A stretch of DNA of 64,000 bases, taken from positions 119,270-183,269 of the forward strand of contig CAZFKS010000001.1 in assembly GCA_964519725.1 (NCBI GenBank), read 5' to 3'. The translations under genes were made by a program, and so were the position numbers. Source of the stretch: an uncultured Gammaproteobacteria bacterium (GTDB lineage: Bacteria; Patescibacteriota; Patescibacteriia; Magasanikbacterales; UBA922). Below, piece after piece: positions 40,822 to 50,075 of the stretch. The notes under the pieces are model-generated. The model saw only the letters and a list, made by a program, of their open reading frames with translations. It made no database searches and had not been told where the DNA came from. Numbering within the stretch: position 1 is the stretch's first letter; each line of letters opens with the position of its first letter.

Positions 40822-41994
40822 TTACTCGCGACGGCGAAATAGTAACCACAAAAAGAGGACAAGTATAATTCCTCCTCCAGCTAAAACTGGAATTTTGTGG
40901 GCCAGGAAAAAATTTTGTGCTTGGAGTGAAAAACTTTCAGCGGGGATCAGCGGGGCTTTATCTTTTCCATCTGGTGTGCCATCTAAGTCAGTGTCTTCGG
41001 CTAGCGGATCAGTCCCCTTCACGGTTTCATCATGGTCAGAAATACCATCGTTGTCTGTGTCTGGAGTGCGTGGACTGGTACCAATTTTTTGTTCTTCAGT
41101 ATCAGGTAAATGATCATTATCATCGTCCAGATCAGCGTTATCCCCAGTTCCATCTTTGTCTGAGTCTTTATTTTCCTTTGGATCAAGCGGTAATTCATCC
41201 GCCCCATCATTCACACCATCGCCATCAGTATCAGCTTTGAGCGGATCAGTACCCTTGGCTTTTTCCGCCTCATCAGTCACACCATCATTATCATCATCAG
41301 GGTCAGTGTTGTCCCCAATTTTATCACCATCAATATCTTTTTGTTCTTTGGGATCAATTGGAAATAAATCATCTTTATCATTTACCCCATCACCGTCAGT
41401 GTCAGTCGCCATTGGGTTGGTTTTATTGTCTAATTCAGTGTTATCTGGAATGCCATCACCATCGGTGTCAGCTTTTTTTGGGTCAGTACCTAATTCTTTT
41501 TCGCGGTCATCAGTTAGACCGTCATTATCATCATCAGGGTCAGTGTTGTCACCAATTTTGTCATGGTCAGAATCAGCTTCAATGGTAAATTTTGATGGAG
41601 TTTGGGAAGATTGAATTTGATTGTCAGGTAGCACTTGTTTGTCGCCATTCGCTTGCAAACCAACCACACTAGTTAACCGCGCTGTCAAAGATAATTCACC
41701 CGCGGGCAAGGTATATTCGGCGGCCACTTGTTTAGCTTGCTCAAATAAAATTTTTTCAAATGGCACCTCAGCAATGACCTGATCATTATTATAAAACACC
41801 ACCTTCCCCGACACTGACGCAAAATCATTATTTACAATTACCGTGTAGAGTTTTACCACTTCTCCTTCCACCGCATTAGTTTTTGACAACCGTACAATTT
41901 GGTTAACAGCAAAATCAAACGCTGCCCAAGTTGTGACTGGGGCAAAAAATAATACTAAAGTACTCAATCCGACCAAATACTTAAGGCGTTTCAT
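40822..41994 (-). CDS. Surface protein with signal peptide, Ig-like domain, thrombospondin type-3-like Ca-binding repeats and a C-terminal TM anchor
   Basis: Many DxDxDG repeats; C-terminus GGGIILVLFLWLLFRRRE; start refined to MKRLKY. Confidence 0.85.
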   Translation of the reverse strand: MKRLKYLVGLSTLVLFFAPVTTWAAFDFAVNQIVRLSKTNAVEGEVVKLYTVIVNNDFASVSGKVVFYNNDQVIAEVPFEKILFEQAKQVAAEYTLPAGELSLTARLTSVVGLQANGDKQVLPDNQIQSSQTPSKFTIEADSDHDKIGDNTDPDDDNDGLTDDREKELGTDPKKADTDGDGIPDNTELDNKTNPMATDTDGDGVNDKDDLFPIDPKEQKDIDGDKIGDNTDPDDDNDGVTDEAEKAKGTDPLKADTDGDGVNDGADELPLDPKENKDSDKDGTGDNADLDDDNDHLPDTEEQKIGTSPRTPDTDNDGISDHDETVKGTDPLAEDTDLDGTPDGKDKAPLIPAESFSLQAQNFFLAHKIPVLAGGGIILVLFLWLLFRRRE

Positions 41995-42925
41995 ACTGGA
42001 GCTGACTAGGCGAAAGTGAAAATAGTATATCACCTTGCTGGTCAGTCCGTAAAACCTGACAATTATGGCGTTCGAGGCGTTTTAAAACCCGCGGCGCGGG
42101 GTGACCATAGGCATTATCTTTGCCCACTGAAATTAAACAATATTTAGGCGCGACCGCATTTAAAAATAAATCACTCGACGAGGTTAAACTACCATGATGC
42201 CCAACTTTGAGCAGCTCAGCCTCCAGTCCACCACCCAGTTTACTGACTAAATAATTTTCCAGCGGCGCCTCAGTATCGCCAGTCAGCAAAATATCATTGG
42301 TTCCAGCTGAAAGTTTCACGACCATGGATGTGTCATTGCTTTCCACCACATTGGTTTTAGGAATGCGCGGGTCGCGGGCCACATCATGGTCAGGGTACAA
42401 AATCGTGGTAGTCACGCCTGCAATTACAAAATTTTGGGCAGTGGTAATTTTTTCCACAACCGAACCACTGGCTTCAGCCTCATGCACCTTGTTCATAAAT
42501 GAAGTCCAGAGTGGCCCACTATTTTTTTCATAGCCAGTAAGGAAAATTTTTTTGACTGTGTAACGAGAAAGCACATCAATACACCCAGCGTAGTGATCAG
42601 AGTCAGGGTGAGTGACAATTAAATAGTCGAGAGTGCGGTCATTCCAGTGCCGCACCCGTGACAAAGCTGACAACACCACCGCGTCACGCGCACAATCAAC
42701 GAGTAGCTCTTCGCCATTTGGAAAAACTACCAAGGTCGCATCACCTTGGCCAACATCCAAAAAATACACTTGAGCTGGTTTGTCTTGAGTACTAGTATCC
42801 CCCACCTTAATATCCTCTATTTTAGGCCGGGCAAATGTAACCGTAATTATTTTTTTGGATTCCAAAAACCTGACTATTCCGATTAGCAATAACAAAACTA
42901 GCAAAATACTAAGTAGCTTTTTCAT
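41981..42925 (-). CDS. ComEC-type MBL-fold nuclease domain protein
   Basis: FLDVGQGDA, THPDSDH, LLTGD, LKVGHHGS, ISVG..N.YGHP, RTDQQG. Confidence 0.92.
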   Translation of the reverse strand: MKKLLSILLVLLLLIGIVRFLESKKIITVTFARPKIEDIKVGDTSTQDKPAQVYFLDVGQGDATLVVFPNGEELLVDCARDAVVLSALSRVRHWNDRTLDYLIVTHPDSDHYAGCIDVLSRYTVKKIFLTGYEKNSGPLWTSFMNKVHEAEASGSVVEKITTAQNFVIAGVTTTILYPDHDVARDPRIPKTNVVESNDTSMVVKLSAGTNDILLTGDTEAPLENYLVSKLGGGLEAELLKVGHHGSLTSSSDLFLNAVAPKYCLISVGKDNAYGHPAPRVLKRLERHNCQVLRTDQQGDILFSLSPSQLQYETP

Positions 42926-42931
42926 ACCTCC

Positions 42932-43540
42932 TTATTTAGTGGCGCAAATAATTTGGTTTACCCAAACGCCATTTTCTGAAATTATTTTTTCTTCAACTCC
43001 AAACGCCAGGTCTTCGAGCAGCTCTTTGATTGCTTCTTTCCGGTGATAAAATGACTCAACCACAATTGGTCCAACCTTAGTTTCCACCACTGGCGGGTCA
43101 GTTTGGTTAATATTAGTTACTAAAAATTTTCCCCCATCTTTGAGCACCCGATACACTTCATCAAAAAAGCGGCGCGGATTTTTTAGGTGAACAATCAAAA
43201 ATGCAGCGGTAATAATATCAAAAGAGTTATCGGGAAATGGCAAGGCTTCAGCCTCACCAACCACAGTTTTGATATGTTTATTTTTTCGGTTTAAAACCTT
43301 TAACATTTCCTCTGACACATCCAGGGCCGTTACTTCTGCTCCAACTTGGACTAATAAAATGGATAACCGGCCAGTTCCCGCCCCAACATCAAGCACACTT
43401 TTGCCTTTTAAATCACCCAGAATTGGTAAAACTGCGTTTTTTTCAAAACTATTTAAGTACGGTATTTTTTTATCATAAGCACTACTGGCTAAATCATAAC
43501 CAGTCACTGAGTCAAGCACTTTGACTTTACTTTTTCCCAT
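42932..43540 (-). CDS. Class I SAM-dependent methyltransferase
   Basis: VLDVGAGTG, LPFPDNSFD, RVLKDGG. Confidence 0.9.
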   Translation of the reverse strand: MGKSKVKVLDSVTGYDLASSAYDKKIPYLNSFEKNAVLPILGDLKGKSVLDVGAGTGRLSILLVQVGAEVTALDVSEEMLKVLNRKNKHIKTVVGEAEALPFPDNSFDIITAAFLIVHLKNPRRFFDEVYRVLKDGGKFLVTNINQTDPPVVETKVGPIVVESFYHRKEAIKELLEDLAFGVEEKIISENGVWVNQIICATK

Positions 43541-44120
43541 ACACAATCAGTGGGATCACGGCACTAATAACGGCAAAATATAACATTGCCTTGATCGTAG
43601 CCGACAGAGTTGAGAAATTACTACTACTTCCAGTTAGTTCAATATTTTTACCACTCACCGCGGCTGTTAAAATATTTTTCACAATCTCACGGTCAGTTTC
43701 GGTCAGAACAGAAATTACGAGGGGCACTTTTTTACCGGAATTTAAAGTGACCAGAGCCAGTAAACGCGGTACTCTCACTGTCACCCCATTTTGGGCCACA
43801 GTTCGGAGACTATTGGTAATCTCATAACTCTTAATTTCTTTAAGTGGGATTTTAGTCGACCAAACAATTTGATGTTGGACAATTTCAGCATTATTAACAC
43901 TAACCACTCCGTGAGCACGGACTCGACCCACAATTAAACCAGTTACCACCACGAGCAAGAACCACAGGGCCAATTTACTCATTTGAGAACTAGGATTTTT
44001 TAAAAATTCAATCAGCCAACTACCGCCCAGTAAGAATACTGCGAAAGTAAATAGCAAAGCAACGCTAATCACCAAAATATTATGGTACTCACTGCGAGTG
44101 TCAAAGATGAGGCCGGGCAT
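43527..44120 (-). CDS. Hypothetical membrane protein
   Basis: 197-aa ORF with 3 TM segments, overlapping both neighbours in the operon. Confidence 0.65.
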   Translation of the reverse strand: MPGLIFDTRSEYHNILVISVALLFTFAVFLLGGSWLIEFLKNPSSQMSKLALWFLLVVVTGLIVGRVRAHGVVSVNNAEIVQHQIVWSTKIPLKEIKSYEITNSLRTVAQNGVTVRVPRLLALVTLNSGKKVPLVISVLTETDREIVKNILTAAVSGKNIELTGSSSNFSTLSATIKAMLYFAVISAVIPLIVYGKK

Positions 44121-45603
44121 AGGCTTTTTTAAAAATGAGGTAGAGTAAAATTAAGTAGCTCGTGATTAATAGGGGCAAGGAAAATGAAACTGCGGGCGCG
44201 GCCCAACTAATTCCCCCAAACCATGAAACTACGCTAATAACATACCACATTCCCGCCCACCCAATCCAGGCCAGGGCCTGACCCACGTAAATATGGATTA
44301 AACTGCCAAGGAGGGCAGCAAAACCAGTGGCCATTAAAATTGGGATCACCCACAACACCGCAATGTTCACAAAAATAGTGAGTAGGGCAAGCCGACCAAA
44401 CTGAAATAAAATTAAGGGCAAAGTTGCAATCGTCGCAGCTGTGGTTGAAATAGTATTTTCCCTGAGACCAAATTTTTCTGGAAGCCAATTTAAGTAAGTT
44501 TCCAAAATTGGATTTAAATATACCAAACCCAAAGTGGCCAAAAATGAAAGTTGGAATCCAGCATCATACAGTAGCACCAATGGATTTTGTACTGTCATAA
44601 TCACAGCCGTGAGGAGTAACACCGGTCCAATTCGACTGACGCGCCCAACTTGTTTGGCCAAAAGCACAATAAAGCCCATAATTCCCGCCCGCATCACAGA
44701 AGCAGATGCGCCGGTAAAAATCACAAACACAAAAATATACAAACCAACCACATAAAAAGCGTGCCGCCGATTAATGCGGCAGTAATAACAGATTGATAAG
44801 AGTAAAGTCGCAATCACGGAAATATTAAATCCTGATACGGCCACAATGTGCGCGACTCCGGTTTTACTGAACAAATCATTGAGTGGCCCCAGTCCACCGC
44901 GATATCCGTAAAGTAATCCAGCCATAAAACTGGCATAGGGTTCTGGCCAGAGTGCTTCTAAGCGCAGCGCTAATTGATTTTTAAAAGCTAAAATATAGCT
45001 CATGACTGGGTTAGCTCCTCCACTGCCAATTTTAGTGAGGATTGGTTTTTGGCAGAGTGCAAAAATGTCTTGCCTGGCCAAAGCCAAGTCATACCGAAAC
45101 ACTTTTCCATTCACTTCATCAACAATTGGTTCTGGTTTTTTAATAGTGCAAGTAACCTTAAGAACATCGCCGTAATTAAACCGTGGATACCGATCAAAAA
45201 CCGCTAAAATATTACCCTCAATTTCACCTGGCCCAGCCCGGGCCTCGACGCTACTTGCGTCTAGCACATATCGCACTGAATCCAAGCGCACATCAGGTTC
45301 AGCGTTTACGGTTCCAATCAATTGAATATTTTGGTTATTAAACGCCTCAATTCTTCCAGTCTCACTAACTGGAAAGACTAATCCATAGCGATAAATTCCT
45401 AAACCAAAACTAGTAACGATTAATACTATGAATTTAATTTCTAGTTTTTTAATAAAAAATAAAATTAAAACAGACACCAAAACGGCAGATAAAATCCAAT
45501 TGGTTTTTCGAATGTCACTAATTGAGGCAACTATAGTGCCAATCAAAAAACTAAAAGAATAGATTGCAAAACGCCAGCTTTTTGAGGTTATTTTGTTTAT
45601 CAT
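44101..45603 (-). CDS. comEC: ComEC/Rec2 competence channel (OB plus competence domain)
   Basis: G.AHIVAVSGFN, SASVMRAGIM, DAGFQLSFLATLG. Confidence 0.93.
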   Translation of the reverse strand: MINKITSKSWRFAIYSFSFLIGTIVASISDIRKTNWILSAVLVSVLILFFIKKLEIKFIVLIVTSFGLGIYRYGLVFPVSETGRIEAFNNQNIQLIGTVNAEPDVRLDSVRYVLDASSVEARAGPGEIEGNILAVFDRYPRFNYGDVLKVTCTIKKPEPIVDEVNGKVFRYDLALARQDIFALCQKPILTKIGSGGANPVMSYILAFKNQLALRLEALWPEPYASFMAGLLYGYRGGLGPLNDLFSKTGVAHIVAVSGFNISVIATLLLSICYYCRINRRHAFYVVGLYIFVFVIFTGASASVMRAGIMGFIVLLAKQVGRVSRIGPVLLLTAVIMTVQNPLVLLYDAGFQLSFLATLGLVYLNPILETYLNWLPEKFGLRENTISTTAATIATLPLILFQFGRLALLTIFVNIAVLWVIPILMATGFAALLGSLIHIYVGQALAWIGWAGMWYVISVVSWFGGISWAAPAVSFSLPLLITSYLILLYLIFKKAYARPHL

Positions 45604-45620
45604 ATCTTGGCTGTAATATA

Positions 45621-45648
45621 TTGACTTTTATCTGGAATCTGCTATACT
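45621..45648 (+). promoter_or_regulatory. Sigma70 promoter pointing into the 3' end of the PemK gene
   Basis: TTGACT-16-TATACT with an extended -10 TG. Confidence 0.6.
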
Positions 45649-45654
45649 GAATAA

Positions 45655-45717
45655 TGAAGTTCATCCTTCTGCCTGTGGCAGTCGAGATTCCTCACCCTCC
45701 GGTGAGGTTATTTTTTT
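45655..45717 (+). ncRNA. Candidate small RNA convergent with the PemK/MazF gene
   Basis: Promoter, hairpin CTGCC-tgt-GGCAG, terminator-like CCTCACC-ctcc-GGTGAGG followed by TTATTTTTTT; no plausible ORF. Confidence 0.5.
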
Positions 45718-46106
45718 ATTAGAGTACACAGTAATTGCTTTAAATTTTCAGTCGTCTCTCTGCTAACAAATGAGAGTTTTCTTTTTAATCTTTTTCCATC
45801 AAGATACCGCGCTTGTGCTAGACAAGCGTACTGAACTCGCCCTCTGTCATCATGAAACCGTGCGTAATAATCTCCGAACTTCTCAGACGTAGTTAATGGG
45901 ATCACTAAGCAAGCGTCACCGTACACTTTTTGGATAATCAAAATCGGACGAAGAAATTCAGAACCCTTACCATCTAACTCAGTCGCTACATTTAAACCTA
46001 AATGTGCCCACCAAATTTGTCCAATTTTAAATTTTGGACAACCTTCGAAAGAGTTTACGGTTTTCTTTTTTTCATTCCATTCATTGAAATTTTTATAATT
46101 TTCCAT
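45708..46106 (-). CDS. PemK/MazF-family endoribonuclease toxin (orphan)
   Basis: GQIWWAHLGLNVATELDGK...RPILII....LVIPLTT...QARYLDGKRL; start refined to MENYKNF at 46106. Confidence 0.88.
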   Translation of the reverse strand: MENYKNFNEWNEKKKTVNSFEGCPKFKIGQIWWAHLGLNVATELDGKGSEFLRPILIIQKVYGDACLVIPLTTSEKFGDYYARFHDDRGRVQYACLAQARYLDGKRLKRKLSFVSRETTENLKQLLCTLIKK

Positions 46107-46180
46107 AGCAAAAAACACAGATCTAATCTGTATTTTCTTCCCTCCTTTAGAGAAGAAATATAGTAATTTTATTGTAAAAC

Positions 46181-46211
46181 AAAACACTGCTCGATTCAAG
46201 CAGTGTTTTTT
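46181..46211. terminator. Terminator-like hairpin downstream of leuS
   Basis: AAAACACTGC-tcgattcaa-GCAGTGTTTT. Confidence 0.7.
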
Positions 46212-46248
46212 ATTTTGTGTGTAAAAACTGTGCGCAAGCTGTGAACAA

Positions 46249-49245
46249 TCACACAACAATTGAAATCAAACGGCCTGGAACATAAATAAATTTCTTTGGT
46301 TCTTTACCTTCCAACCATTTTTGCACACCTTCATTTTCTAAAGCTAATTTTTTAATATCAGCTTCGGCAATGTCTGGTGATACTGTTAATTCAGCGCGAA
46401 CTTTACCATTAATTTGAATGGCGATTATCACTTCACTATCTTTGGCGAGTTCAGCATCATAAACCGGCCAAGTCGATTTAGAAACAGAATTTCCATCACC
46501 AAATTGGGCCCATAATTCTTCACCAATGTGCGGGGCAAACACTGACAACAATTTAATTAAAATTTGGTAATCAGTTTTTGCAATTTTTTCCTCAACACTC
46601 ATCGCGTTCGCCAGTTCCATTAATTTCGCCACCGAGGTATTGAAGCTCATGTTCTGAATATCATCAGTGACTTTTTTGATTGTTTGGTGAAGCTGAGTAA
46701 CCACTTTTTTATTGGTCGCCGCACTATCACTCACCTTTTCCTGTAAATTCCAAACCTTATCCAGGAACCGACGCACACCAACTAATCCATTGGTATCCCA
46801 TTCCACAGCTTGGTCAAATGGACCCATAAACATAATATAAGTGCGAAGCGCGTCTGCACCGTACAGTTCAACCATTTCATCTGGGTTCACCACGTTTCCC
46901 TTTGACTTACTCATCTTTTCACCGCCCTTGGCCAAAATCATGCCGTGACTGGTGCGTTTTTTGTATGGTTCGAGAGTTGGGACCACGCCAATGTCATACA
47001 AGAATTGATTCCAAAAACGGGAATACAACAAGTGTAAAACCGTGTGCTCCATTCCCCCATTGTACCAATCCACTTGATTCCAATAGCGTAAATTTGGATT
47101 AATCTTTTCAACCCACTCAGACAAGAAAGCAATTTTTTCTTGATTACTTTGGCCGTCTGACTCGTTTTTCTCAGTGTATTCGTAATGTGCCAAATTATAT
47201 TCTGGTGAAATAGTGCGGAAAGTAAAGCCCCACAAATTTCCCAAACACACTTCTGGTAAATCGCGAGCTTGCATTGGTTGTTTGGCACCTTGGTAAGTCA
47301 AACTATACATTTCGCCGTTCTCTTTCCAAACCGGAACAATTTCTACACGCACTCCATCTTTTTCGTACAGATCATTTTGGTTAAATGATTGAGTTAACCT
47401 ATAGCCTTGCTCCACCAAATAACTCGCAATCGCCGCCTTATCATCATTCCAAGCGACTAAACAAACCGTGCGCAATGGTGTCCACAAATTGCGGTTCAAG
47501 CCGTTCAAAAGTAAACGATTCCCAGTCCAAACTTTAATTCCCTTTTTCTCTAAATCTTGATATACCTGTTTAAAAGTAGCAAAATAAGCTTTATCTTTTT
47601 CGGTCGGTTCAATCGCTGGACGGAATTTAAAACCATCGGTACGGAATAAATCTTTCGCATTCTGCGGATCCATGTAGCGGAGGAAGTACCAACTTGACCC
47701 AGCCCAGTTAGGCATGGTGTCAGTTTCGCGGCGTGCCGGACCACCACACTTTGGACAAGTAGTTTTAACCCACTCAGTCATGGCCGCGATTGGCGACTCG
47801 CCAGTATCAGTTGGTAAATATTTTTCCACTTTTGGTAATTCGAGTGGTAATTCACTTTCTGGAAGTGGAATCCAACCATTACAATTTTCACAAAAAACCA
47901 AAGGAATCGGCTCACCCCAATACCGCTGACGCGAAAAGACCCAGTCACGGAGTTTGTACTGCACTTTGCGGTTACCAATTTTATTTTCTTCTAGCCAAGC
48001 AACCATTTTAGCTTTGGCCTCAACGGTTTCTAAGCCATTCAAAAAATCTGAATTAACAGCGAACCCAGCAGAAGTGAAGGCTTCAGTGGCAATATCACCA
48101 CCGGCAACCACTTCTACTTTTGGCAAATGATATTTACTCGCAAATTCAAAGTCGCGCTCATCATGCGCTGGTACCGCCATAATCGCGCCCGTACCATAAC
48201 CACCCAGGACATAATCAGCCACAAACATTGGAATTTGTTCGCCTGTAACCGGATTAATGGCTTTAACACCACGGAGTTCCACACCGGTCTTTTCTTTATC
48301 AAGCGCACTGCGCTCAATATCAGTTTTTTGTTTAGCAGCGTTAACATAAGCCAACACTTCGGCTTTGTTTTCCAAAACATCATGATTTTGATCAGTCGCC
48401 AAAGTCACCCACAAATGTTCAGGGGCAAGCACCAAATAGGTGGCACCAAACAGCGTGTCTGGACGCGTAGTAAATACAGTCAATTTTGCTTTTTCACCAT
48501 TTGGTCCACGACGATCATTATCAGCCGGATTTTTGGTAAAAAATAATTCAAAATTAATTTCTGCACCCTCACTCCGCCCAATCCAATTTTCCTGTTGAAT
48601 TTTGGCGCGAGAAATATAATCAACTTCATTTAAACCCGCGAGAAGTTTGTCAGCGTATTTGGTGATCGCGAGCATCCATTGTTCTTTATTCCGTTTTTCT
48701 ACTGGATTGCCACAACGCTCACAACAGCCATCAACCACTTCTTCATTAGCTAGACCAATTTTATCTTTTGGACACCAATTAATTGGCTGGTTGGCTTTGT
48801 AGGCCAAACCTTGTTTGTAAAGCTGCAAAAAAATCCACTGTGTCCATTTATAATATTCAGGTTCACTAGTAGTCACCGCGCGCGACCAATCAAAACCAAA
48901 CCCCAGCGCTTTTAATTGACGCGTAAAGTTCGCAATATTTTCAGCCGTAATTTCCGCTGGTGGCCGACCAGTTTTAATGGCAAAATTTTCAGTTGGCAGT
49001 CCAAACGAGTCAAACCCAATTGGATACAAAACATTTTTTCCTTCCATCCGTTTTTGGCGTGTAATTACATCCATGGCAGTGTAAGACCGCGGGTGTCCAA
49101 CGTGTAAACCAGCCCCACTTGGGTAAGGGAACTCAATCAGACCAAAAAATTTTTCTTTGGCCGGATCAGTTTCCACGCGAAAAGTCTGGTTATCTTCCCA
49201 GAATTTTTGCCACTTTGGTTCAATGGATTTTGGGTCGTACTTCAT
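46249..49245 (-). CDS. leuS: Leucine--tRNA ligase with a ~180-aa insertion
   Basis: FPYPSGAGLHVGH, FTTRPDT, RDWVFSRQRYWGEPIP, KMSKS, QINGKVR. Confidence 0.97.
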   Translation of the reverse strand: MKYDPKSIEPKWQKFWEDNQTFRVETDPAKEKFFGLIEFPYPSGAGLHVGHPRSYTAMDVITRQKRMEGKNVLYPIGFDSFGLPTENFAIKTGRPPAEITAENIANFTRQLKALGFGFDWSRAVTTSEPEYYKWTQWIFLQLYKQGLAYKANQPINWCPKDKIGLANEEVVDGCCERCGNPVEKRNKEQWMLAITKYADKLLAGLNEVDYISRAKIQQENWIGRSEGAEINFELFFTKNPADNDRRGPNGEKAKLTVFTTRPDTLFGATYLVLAPEHLWVTLATDQNHDVLENKAEVLAYVNAAKQKTDIERSALDKEKTGVELRGVKAINPVTGEQIPMFVADYVLGGYGTGAIMAVPAHDERDFEFASKYHLPKVEVVAGGDIATEAFTSAGFAVNSDFLNGLETVEAKAKMVAWLEENKIGNRKVQYKLRDWVFSRQRYWGEPIPLVFCENCNGWIPLPESELPLELPKVEKYLPTDTGESPIAAMTEWVKTTCPKCGGPARRETDTMPNWAGSSWYFLRYMDPQNAKDLFRTDGFKFRPAIEPTEKDKAYFATFKQVYQDLEKKGIKVWTGNRLLLNGLNRNLWTPLRTVCLVAWNDDKAAIASYLVEQGYRLTQSFNQNDLYEKDGVRVEIVPVWKENGEMYSLTYQGAKQPMQARDLPEVCLGNLWGFTFRTISPEYNLAHYEYTEKNESDGQSNQEKIAFLSEWVEKINPNLRYWNQVDWYNGGMEHTVLHLLYSRFWNQFLYDIGVVPTLEPYKKRTSHGMILAKGGEKMSKSKGNVVNPDEMVELYGADALRTYIMFMGPFDQAVEWDTNGLVGVRRFLDKVWNLQEKVSDSAATNKKVVTQLHQTIKKVTDDIQNMSFNTSVAKLMELANAMSVEEKIAKTDYQILIKLLSVFAPHIGEELWAQFGDGNSVSKSTWPVYDAELAKDSEVIIAIQINGKVRAELTVSPDIAEADIKKLALENEGVQKWLEGKEPKKFIYVPGRLISIVV

Positions 49246-49246
49246 A

Positions 49247-50005
49247 TTAATTTAAAAACGCCATTAATTGCTGATGAATTTTAGGAGTAGCAATCACAAT
49301 ATCTTCCATGCTTCTTTCCCATTCTTGACCAAAACTATTGGTTACCAGGGCGCCAGCTTCACGCGCTAGCAAAACTGGAGCTAAATAATCGTGAACTTTA
49401 CCAACATTGGTTATATAAAATTCCAAATTGCCACTTCCCACCAAAACTGCGGTATACATGCAGGCAAAATTACGAATTCTCGCTTCACTATCATACAATT
49501 TTTTCCAAAGCAATGAAATCTCTTCACCATTTTTAAATTTTGAGCTAGAACTAACTGAACCAACCGAGGCTTTTAGTTCTGCGTGATCAGAAATTTTAAG
49601 CGGAGAACCATTGCAAAATGCGCCTTTACCTTTTTCAGCCCAATAAAATGAATCATCTAGCGGAAAATACATCGCCGCGTAGATTGTTTCGCCATTTTTA
49701 TTAACGGCAATGAGTGAACCCCAAATTGGAATGTGATTAGCAAAATTCCAGGTCCCATCAATTGGATCAATTACCCACTCGTATTCTGCCCCTGGATTAA
49801 TATCATCAACCATTTCTTCACTGTGAATATGGTGGTCAGGAAAATTTTCGTGAATTTTGGCAACTAAAAATTCACTCACAGCTACATCTGCGCTGGTCAA
49901 AAGGTCCAAACGGTCAGTTTTATTCGAAACCGTGAAATTTTGGGTATAAAAATCCAGGGCAATTTTCCCCGCTTCACGACTGATCTGTTCAATAAATTCC
50001 TTCAT
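49247..50005 (-). CDS. Inositol monophosphatase family protein
   Basis: SEE, WVIDPIDGTWNF, HD..A..L.AREAG. Confidence 0.92.
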   Translation of the reverse strand: MKEFIEQISREAGKIALDFYTQNFTVSNKTDRLDLLTSADVAVSEFLVAKIHENFPDHHIHSEEMVDDINPGAEYEWVIDPIDGTWNFANHIPIWGSLIAVNKNGETIYAAMYFPLDDSFYWAEKGKGAFCNGSPLKISDHAELKASVGSVSSSSKFKNGEEISLLWKKLYDSEARIRNFACMYTAVLVGSGNLEFYITNVGKVHDYLAPVLLAREAGALVTNSFGQEWERSMEDIVIATPKIHQQLMAFLN

Positions 50006-50035
50006 ATATAAAGCCCATCTTACGCTCTACCAAGC

Positions 50036-50061
50036 AAAAAAGCAAGCCTTGGCTTGCTTTT
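50036..50061. terminator. Intrinsic terminator after gdhA
   Basis: AAAAAAGCAAGCC-tt-GGCTTGCTTTTT. Confidence 0.75.
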
Positions 50062-50075
50062 TAATGGCGCTCATT

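Noticed and set aside
40960-41580. Repetitive DNA as a possible CRISPR array
   Set aside because: The repeats are degenerate and in frame, encoding DxDxDG motifs; there is no repeat-spacer pattern or cas gene in the window
46107-46259. N-terminal extension of the PemK ORF as a fused antitoxin
   Set aside because: The extension runs through the leuS stop, the DnaA-like boxes and a terminator; the family-like sequence starts at ATG 46106
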